Part shown: positions 16,725 through 23,033 of the stretch, piece by piece
Layout of the letters: each line of letters begins with the position of its first letter
Position numbering within the stretch: the stretch's first letter is position 1
Origin: Candidatus Aenigmatarchaeota archaeon
Lineage (GTDB): Archaea > Aenigmatarchaeota > Aenigmatarchaeia > QMZP01
Assembly: GCA_038999435.1 (NCBI GenBank)
Contig: JAVZYR010000009.1
Coordinates: forward strand, 1-23,033
Direction of reading: 5' to 3'
Length of the DNA: 23,033 nucleotides
Made by a program: the position numbers and the translations under genes
Notes under the pieces: generated by a model
Seen by the model: only the letters and a program-made list of their open reading frames with translations
Database searches by the model: none
What the model was told of the DNA's origin: nothing

Positions 16725-17728
16725 AAAATTTGCTAATCATTATAATGATTAGTGTTGTGGTTGTTGCTTCAGTATGTTTATACATATATGTAACCAACTT
16801 TCTGTTCTATACAGATTACTATACAGATTATATTAAAAGTATTGAGAACATCTCAAATATTGCAAGAGAACAAGAAAAAATTTATATAGAAAAAATAAGA
16901 GAGATACTTGGAGATAACAATATTTCAAATGAAAATGTTGAGGAAAAAATAGAAAATCTATATGAAAAAATAAAGAATGGTGAAAAAATTTATGTAAGTG
17001 AAAAATTTTACGAAAATGAAAAATTATGCATGGATATTTATAATTTAACTTGTGAAGATGAAAGTCATAATCCTTATTGCAAAAATCTATCTTTGTATTG
17101 TGAAATTTTTTCTGTAGATCGTACTTTTAATATGATTTTTTTTGAATTTTGGATGTCACAAGTCATGCATTTTATTGGAGAATACAAAGAAAATAATTTT
17201 GCTGTAAATAGTGCTAAATATATTTTTTTTAATTTTGAACTTATATACAATGGTATAATTCTCGGTGCTATGATGCATCAAACAAAAAAAGCAATTGATA
17301 GCTGTTTTTTCCAGATAATAGCACAGGAAAACATAACTGAAAATGACAAAAGGAAATGCTATGCAGCAATTGCTTATAGATTAGAAAATATCTCAAAAAA
17401 TTTTTTAAATGTTACTTACGAACCATTGACAGAAATACCAGATTGTCCCAAATATATTTTTATTAAGATAAATGAAGCATGGAAAAGCAGACTTTGGGAA
17501 CAATTTCAAAAAACTAAAAACCCACAAATAAAAATTATTGCTTCCATAGAATTAAACGCTTTAAATAAATGCAATAAGTTAGTTTATGAAAATCTTACAG
17601 AGTTGCCATGCAAACCGATAATAGTAAATCAAAATTACTTATTTATTCCTGCTGCAAAACTCTATAATTGCACATTACAAGAAATAACAAATTCAAAAAA
17701 TCAGATTTCAAATCTTAGTTTTGACTAA
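16721..17728 (+). CDS. Membrane-anchored, Cys-rich hypothetical protein (AT-rich gene)
   Basis: 335 aa with an N-terminal TM helix, about 10 Cys after it and many N-x-S/T sequons. ATGA overlap with the upstream gene. Confidence 0.75.
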   Translation: MKNLLIIIMISVVVVASVCLYIYVTNFLFYTDYYTDYIKSIENISNIAREQEKIYIEKIREILGDNNISNENVEEKIENLYEKIKNGEKIYVSEKFYENEKLCMDIYNLTCEDESHNPYCKNLSLYCEIFSVDRTFNMIFFEFWMSQVMHFIGEYKENNFAVNSAKYIFFNFELIYNGIILGAMMHQTKKAIDSCFFQIIAQENITENDKRKCYAAIAYRLENISKNFLNVTYEPLTEIPDCPKYIFIKINEAWKSRLWEQFQKTKNPQIKIIASIELNALNKCNKLVYENLTELPCKPIIVNQNYLFIPAAKLYNCTLQEITNSKNQISNLSFD

Positions 17729-18510
17729 TAGTTTGTATAGCTCCAAAATAACACAAGATCCCCCAAAGCATCTTTTAGATAAATAATGTCTTTATCATTG
17801 TTCCATATTGGCATGCTTGAGTTCCAAAACAGCGCTGTTGAATTTGATATACCTGAGCCGCTATATATCGTAACTTTGCAATATCCACATAGAGAAAAAT
17901 TTTGGAAAATAAACCTTTTCCCTGATGCATCAAAAATGCTCCATCCTGTCATGTCTATGCTGAAGTTACATGCATTTTTTATCACCACATATTCATCATT
18001 CAGATTATATCTATCATCGCCTTTTGCGTTATATTGTATTATGCTCAGCCCTATGCATCTTGAAAGGTTTTCAACAGACCAAAGTCCGAGACGATTCTCC
18101 CTTGCATGCGCTTCTGCTTGTAAAATTAGGTCTGCATACTTTGTATTTTCGAAAAGATATGCATAGGCAAGGCCTTGTTTGACAATTTCTGCATTTACAA
18201 GGCTTTCATCTGCCCATACCCATCTCAAAAGTCTGCCATATTTGTCTCTATCTTCAACATCCTTTTCAAATCTTACTGATTTGTTAGCAATTGCCGCCTC
18301 GAGCATAGACTTCGCCTCGCTATAGAATGCCTGTCCCTTTTCAGGCGCATTTATGCCCAACAGGCGTATATATTCGCCATTTACAAGTTTAATCGTATCC
18401 CCATCAACAACCTTTTCAATATCTGTTGATTGATTTTGATTTGCAAAAGAGTAAAAAATAACAACCAAGAGCACAACTGCCACACATATCAGCAATGCAC
18501 ATCTTTTCAT
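17725..18510 (-). CDS. Secreted or anchored thermonuclease (SNase) fused to a lamin-tail domain
   Basis: Signal/TM segment. SNase motifs VVDGDTI, IRLLGINAPE, DKYGRLL and GLW. LTD motifs NDEYVVIKN...DMTGWSI.D and IWNNDKD.IYL.D..G. Confidence 0.9.
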   Translation of the reverse strand: MKRCALLICVAVVLLVVIFYSFANQNQSTDIEKVVDGDTIKLVNGEYIRLLGINAPEKGQAFYSEAKSMLEAAIANKSVRFEKDVEDRDKYGRLLRWVWADESLVNAEIVKQGLAYAYLFENTKYADLILQAEAHARENRLGLWSVENLSRCIGLSIIQYNAKGDDRYNLNDEYVVIKNACNFSIDMTGWSIFDASGKRFIFQNFSLCGYCKVTIYSGSGISNSTALFWNSSMPIWNNDKDIIYLKDALGDLVLFWSYTNY

Positions 18511-19337
18511 ATCCCATCAAGAAAAGATTGTATGCAGTAAGGAAGTTTGTTGCTATATCCACCTTCAAGCACAGCGAATAAAGGGGTATTCAGGCTTGAT
18601 ATTTTTTGAGCAATTTTTTTGTAGTCTTCTATGTCTAACATAAGGTTGAGTAAAGGGTCTTCTTTGAATGTATCAAAGCCGGCTGATATGCCAATAATAT
18701 CAGGTCCAAAAAATTTGACAATATCAATACACTTATAAAACAATTTCAAATAAACCTTTCCATTCGAGCCTGGTTTGATATAGAAATTTCTGCAATTTTC
18801 TGAATTGTGATGCGGGCCTGGATATGCGCCCTCTTGGTTTATCGAAACATAAATTATGTCTTGTTTGCCTGAGAATATGTCTTGTGTGCCATTGCCCCAA
18901 TGTCCATCTATGTCTATAATCGCAACCTTTTTGTTTTTTGCTACTGTTGCAATAGCAATTGCGATATTGTTCAGATAGCAAAATCCACCCGCAAACTCTT
19001 TGCCTGCATGATGGCCAGGCGGTCTCATAAGCGAAAATGCATCCTTTCCTTTTACGGCAAGTTTGCATGCTTCAATAGCTGCACCTGCTGAAAGCAGTGC
19101 ATAGCGAATCATTTCTTTATTGTTTGGAGTGTCAAAATCTATAAATCTTCCAGATTTTATAACAGAGAGCAATCTTTTTGTGTGTACAATCAGTATATTT
19201 TTTTCGGATGTTGAAGAGGGCTTTTTGAATTCATAATTTTCTTTTAACAGCTCATATATACTCAAAACCCTTTCTGGAGATTCTGGATGGTTGTAAAAAA
19301 TATATTCGCAACATCTTTTGTCAAAAACAATCTTCAT
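18507..19337 (-). CDS. Histone deacetylase / acetylpolyamine amidohydrolase family (Zn-dependent)
   Basis: Motifs HPESPER, RPPGHHA, GFCYLNN, DIDGHWGNGTQ, SAGFD and LEGGY. Start moved to ATG 19337; the upstream part is antisense to the protease gene. Confidence 0.92.
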   Translation of the reverse strand: MKIVFDKRCCEYIFYNHPESPERVLSIYELLKENYEFKKPSSTSEKNILIVHTKRLLSVIKSGRFIDFDTPNNKEMIRYALLSAGAAIEACKLAVKGKDAFSLMRPPGHHAGKEFAGGFCYLNNIAIAIATVAKNKKVAIIDIDGHWGNGTQDIFSGKQDIIYVSINQEGAYPGPHHNSENCRNFYIKPGSNGKVYLKLFYKCIDIVKFFGPDIIGISAGFDTFKEDPLLNLMLDIEDYKKIAQKISSLNTPLFAVLEGGYSNKLPYCIQSFLDGI

Positions 19338-19365
19338 GTATAAATCTTTGCACCAAGATAAAAAT

Positions 19366-22300
19366 ATGAGAAGAGAGATTATTGTTGCAATTTTGCTTTT
19401 CTTTCTTTTAGCAATTCCATTTTCATATAATTTTACTGCAAATATCGCAAAGAAAAACATTTTGAAGTCCTTACCTGATGAAATTGTTAAAAAACTCGAA
19501 GCAGGAGAAGATGTGCGTGTTATTATAAAATTTAAAAACGAGACAAGACGCGGCTTTTTAAGCAAGGCAGCACGTGAAGAGTTTGAAAGCGATATACAGG
19601 CAAGCAATGGTGAGATTTTATATAATTTTAAAACAATATCAGGTGCTGTTGCTATCATAAATGAAGATTTTATAGAAGAGATACTTTTTGATTCATACAT
19701 CGAATCCATAGAAGAGGATAATCAAGTCAGTATAATGCTCAGTGATTCTATTCCATTAATTGGCGCTGATGAGGTTTGGCAGAAAGGCATAACAGGAAAA
19801 GGTATAAGCGTATGCATAATAGATACTGGCATAAATTACAGTCATCCTGACCTGGGCGGCTGTACAACTGAGCAATTTCTTAATGGACAATGTAGCAAGG
19901 TTTTGTCAGGTTGGGATTTTGTAAATGATGATGCTGACCCAATCGATGACAATGGTCATGGCACGCATGTTGCGGGTATTGTCGCAGCTAATGGGAGTAT
20001 AAAAGGTGTTGCACCTGATGTCACTCTCATAGCAATGAAGGTTTTGGATGCATCAGGAAGTGGTTATCTCTCTGATGTTGCAGCAGCAATAGATATGTGT
20101 ACAGCAAATAAGAGCACGTTTAACATATCTGTCATATCAATGTCACTTGGTACATCATCATGGCATAGTTCGAGCACATGTGATGATGCATATCCATATT
20201 TGACAGGTGTGATAAATGCAGCAGTAGGGCAAAACATAACTGTTGTCGCTGCAACAGGTAATGAATACAATTATACTGCAATATCTCTGCCTGCATGCAT
20301 TGCAAACTGTACAAAGGTCACTGCAACAGACAAAAGTGATAGATATGCAGACTTTGCAAATAGAGGTTCTGGCTTTCCTGATATACTTGCAGCACCAGGC
20401 GTTTCCATAAACTCAACATCAATAAGCGGTGGTTATACCATAAAATCAGGTACATCGATGTCAACACCGCACATCGCAGGTGCAGCAGCACTGCTTATAC
20501 AAGCTTATAAAGATAGCAATTCCATTGAGCCACCACAATCTTTTATAAAAAATATTCTGAATGCAACAGGAAAAAGGATATACGATAACAGGACAAATTT
20601 TACATTCTCAAGGATTAACATATCTGCTGCAATAGGTTTTTTCACAGAAGCGCCGAAAATACGCATAATCTCACCAGAAAATAGAAGCTATAACATCTCC
20701 TCAATCCTCCTGTTTACAGAAATAAATGGCTCAGAGACATGTTGGTGGGAGATTTTAGAAAATCAGTCTATTGGAAATGTAACATTCAATTGTTCATCAG
20801 ATGTGTTGAATATTTCAGATGGGCAGTGGACTCTAAGGGTTTGGGCAAACAACTCATACGGCAAAATATCAAATGAATCTGTGATGTTTACTGTTGATAC
20901 TGTAGCGCCTATGTTACAACTTTTCTCACCAGCAAATGCAAGCTATAGAGATGCATGGCTTAATTATAGTGTCAGTGATGAGAATTTATTGCAGATATAT
21001 TATGTGCTGAATGGAACAGTCAACAATCTAACTTATAATGAGGCAAACATAAGCCTAAATCTTTCTGATGGATTTTATTGTATAGAGCTATTTGCAATTG
21101 ATGATGCAGGAAATTCAAACAGCACGTATGCATGTTTTTTTGTTGATACCACAGCACCATACATAAATATCACATTCAAAAGGATTGGGGTGATTGGCGA
21201 AAATGTTACTATCAATTTAACATCAGATGGTATGTGCAAGACAAACCTGACATTGCCAAACGGCACATCTATCGAATTTGAAGGTTGGATTATTCCTACT
21301 GAGATTGGAAGATATGAGATTTTTGTATTATGTACAGATGATGTGGAAAATGAGGCAAATATAACTGATTGGTTTGAGATATACGAGCCCTTAGCTGTTA
21401 ACATAACTTCAAATGAAATCATAAATCTGAAGTTATCCATACCAGAAACAGGCGAGATAGCTTATGAATTTTCAAATAATTCTATTGATACAATACTTCC
21501 AAACAGAACATTTGATGCACATATAGCAATGTTAAATGAATCTATCGAGATGAACATGACAGGCTTTAGACCAGACAATCTTTCACTGGTGATTGAGAAA
21601 ATAGAAAATGTCCGGGAAAGAATATATGCAATAGAGTTTGGCGCAAACTACTCATCCATAAATGTTAGTCTTGACTTTACAGGTATAGGTGATGAAGAGC
21701 ATCTTGGGATTTTGTACTGTAGCAATTGGAATTTTTCAAGTAAAAAATGTATTAGCAATTGGAGTGATATAGAAGTCATAAAAGCAGGAAAAAGATTTTT
21801 TGTAAATCATCTTTCAGCATTTAAGATATATCAACTTCCATACTGTGGTGATGGTGCTTGCAATGGAAATGAGACATGTTCTGCATGCCCAAATGATTGT
21901 GGTCCATGCCAATCTACAGTTTCACGTAGCTATGGTGGGTCAGGTGGAGGTGGATATGTACAGGAAAAGCCAGAACTGAACATCACAGCCCCTGAGTATG
22001 TCACTCTACTTTCAAACGAAACAGTAGATATGAAAATAGAGCTGAAGAGCAATATCGATTTGAATTTAAGCATACAGACAGAAAATGGTTGTGGCTGTGC
22101 GCTTGAGTTTGAGCCAGAGGCAAGGCTGGCAAGGTTTGTACCAAAGACATTTTCTTTAAAAATAGCAAATTGTAGCATTGCAAATTGCAGCATGCACATC
22201 CTGTTTATCTCACAAAAGATAAACAAAACCGTCTCGATGGATGTGCATGTTTTGCCTGTATGTGATTTGGGTATCAAAAGGTGTGATGGTAATGTTTTGC

Positions 22301-22488
22301 TTGAGTGCAATGGCTATGGCTGGACGCAGATTGGGGAATGTCAGTTTGGCTGTGAAGAGGGGGCATGCAAGCCAATCGAAGAAAAAGAAAAGGTTACAAT
22401 CACAATACCATGGTTGACGCTATCGCTGATTTTTGCTCTGGTATTTTTGTTTTTGCTTGCAATCTACAAGCATGTTAAATTTAAATAG
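19366..22488 (+). CDS. Membrane-anchored subtilisin-like (S8) serine protease with Ig-like and Cys-rich modules
   Basis: Signal peptide from MRREII, propeptide, catalytic triad IIDTG / HGTHVAG / GTSMSTP, repeated (V)DTxAP beta modules, CGDGACNGNETCSACPNDCG, GGSGGGG linker, C-terminal TM plus basic tail. Confidence 0.93.
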   Translation: MRREIIVAILLFFLLAIPFSYNFTANIAKKNILKSLPDEIVKKLEAGEDVRVIIKFKNETRRGFLSKAAREEFESDIQASNGEILYNFKTISGAVAIINEDFIEEILFDSYIESIEEDNQVSIMLSDSIPLIGADEVWQKGITGKGISVCIIDTGINYSHPDLGGCTTEQFLNGQCSKVLSGWDFVNDDADPIDDNGHGTHVAGIVAANGSIKGVAPDVTLIAMKVLDASGSGYLSDVAAAIDMCTANKSTFNISVISMSLGTSSWHSSSTCDDAYPYLTGVINAAVGQNITVVAATGNEYNYTAISLPACIANCTKVTATDKSDRYADFANRGSGFPDILAAPGVSINSTSISGGYTIKSGTSMSTPHIAGAAALLIQAYKDSNSIEPPQSFIKNILNATGKRIYDNRTNFTFSRINISAAIGFFTEAPKIRIISPENRSYNISSILLFTEINGSETCWWEILENQSIGNVTFNCSSDVLNISDGQWTLRVWANNSYGKISNESVMFTVDTVAPMLQLFSPANASYRDAWLNYSVSDENLLQIYYVLNGTVNNLTYNEANISLNLSDGFYCIELFAIDDAGNSNSTYACFFVDTTAPYINITFKRIGVIGENVTINLTSDGMCKTNLTLPNGTSIEFEGWIIPTEIGRYEIFVLCTDDVENEANITDWFEIYEPLAVNITSNEIINLKLSIPETGEIAYEFSNNSIDTILPNRTFDAHIAMLNESIEMNMTGFRPDNLSLVIEKIENVRERIYAIEFGANYSSINVSLDFTGIGDEEHLGILYCSNWNFSSKKCISNWSDIEVIKAGKRFFVNHLSAFKIYQLPYCGDGACNGNETCSACPNDCGPCQSTVSRSYGGSGGGGYVQEKPELNITAPEYVTLLSNETVDMKIELKSNIDLNLSIQTENGCGCALEFEPEARLARFVPKTFSLKIANCSIANCSMHILFISQKINKTVSMDVHVLPVCDLGIKRCDGNVLLECNGYGWTQIGECQFGCEEGACKPIEEKEKVTITIPWLTLSLIFALVFLFLLAIYKHVKFK

Positions 22489-22500
22489 CATATATAAAAA

Positions 22501-22800
22501 ATGAGGTGCGAAATTATAGTTAAAGAAATACTTCCTGCTGTGCGTGCGCTCATTGCAAAAAGGCTACTTTCAAAAGGTTTCACTCAGATTGAGATTGCAA
22601 ACATGCTTGATATAACCCAACCTGCCATCTCTTTTTACAAAAGTCGTTCAAGAGGGAAAAATATCATATGCAGCGAGATTGTAGATTTTGCAAACAACAT
22701 TGCTGATAGGATTGCAAGAGATAGAAATTTTAAATTGGAAATTTCTGAACTGTGTGAACTTTGCAAAAAACTGGAGCAGTCAGGCAAACTCAAGATATAG
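22501..22800 (+). CDS. Small archaeal HTH transcriptional regulator (COG2522-like)
   Basis: CE.....LPAVRALIAKRL...GFTQIEIANMLDITQPAIS.Y....RG with a C-terminal CxxC (LCELCK). Confidence 0.85.
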   Translation: MRCEIIVKEILPAVRALIAKRLLSKGFTQIEIANMLDITQPAISFYKSRSRGKNIICSEIVDFANNIADRIARDRNFKLEISELCELCKKLEQSGKLKI

Positions 22801-23033
22801 TTTGCCATTGGAAAATCTCTTTTTCACAAGCCTAAATTGTTCTGGTTTTGTAATGATTTTGAAGTATGCCTTTTTTCCTGCTATAGCCCTTATCTCCACA
22901 GATTGCTCAAGTTCCTGAATGCTGATGTCTGATTCTGATTTAACATTAGGCAAATCAAGCTCAACAACAATCTTTGAATCAAGTCTTTTTATTTCTGCTT
23001 TAGGTTCTTCTGTTGTTTCAACAGCAGCAACAG
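22780..23033 (-). CDS. Hsp20/alpha-crystallin-like domain protein, 3' part only
   Basis: Not in the ORF track. Manual translation gives ...EEPKAEIKRLDSKIVVELDLPNVKSESDISIQELEQSVEIRA...YFKII...FSNGKLYLEFA*. It overlaps the HTH gene end by 21 bp. Confidence 0.7.
   Translation of the reverse strand, partial: VAAVETTEEPKAEIKRLDSKIVVELDLPNVKSESDISIQELEQSVEIRAIAGKKAYFKIITKPEQFRLVKKRFSNGKLYLEFA

Noticed and set aside
19338..19709. 124-aa N-terminal extension of the HDAC ORF, suggesting a long antisense overlap with the protease
   Set aside because: HDAC similarity begins at MKIVF (19337). The extension is the antisense shadow of the S8 signal peptide and propeptide.
21933..21955. GGT/GGA-rich low-complexity stretch
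   Set aside because: It encodes the GGSGGGG linker of the protease and is not an independent repeat element.
336..22918. Many 60-200 aa alternative ORFs in the track (e.g. 336-569, 4817-5257, 9149-9562, 14066-14662, 21930-22310, 22688-22918)
   Set aside because: They lie antisense or out of frame within well-supported genes, are Ser/Ile/Phe-rich and have no motifs, as expected for shadow ORFs.
1..23033. CRISPR array, transposon, rRNA or recoded stop codons
   Set aside because: No regularly spaced repeats, transposase motifs or long structured GC-rich tracts were seen by eye. TAA, TAG and TGA all terminate conserved genes at the expected positions.

Overview
Very gene-dense, AT-rich archaeal chromosomal segment using the standard genetic code. 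Archaeal markers include aEF-2, S3Ae, the RFC large subunit and an intron-containing tRNA-Trp. Compaction and gene content suggest a DPANN-type lineage, but this is inference. The window holds mostly housekeeping genes: RFC-L (partial), flavin reductase, an exosortase/archaeosortase-like protein, DUF460, EF-2, S3Ae, a RecJ-like DHH protein, a degenerate ThiI, ribose-1,5-bisphosphate isomerase, tRNA-Trp(CCA) and tRNA-Thr(GGT), FtsZ, SlyD, an HDAC-family deacetylase, an HTH regulator and a partial Hsp20-like gene. It also carries a bacterial/eukaryote-type lower mevalonate operon (mvaD-mvk-pmk), a stand-alone LigD-type primase-polymerase, a secreted SNase-LTD nuclease, a large anchored subtilase and several orphans. 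No CRISPR array, transposase or integrase was seen. The most notable signals are: a 30-nt tRNA-Trp intron that looks like a minimal D'/C' box guide for Cm34; the classical MVA operon; a ThiI lacking its PP-loop; the orphan LigD-like polymerase; and five divergent gene pairs separated by only 26-32 bp with crossed TATA boxes. I cannot claim a wholly new system from sequence alone.
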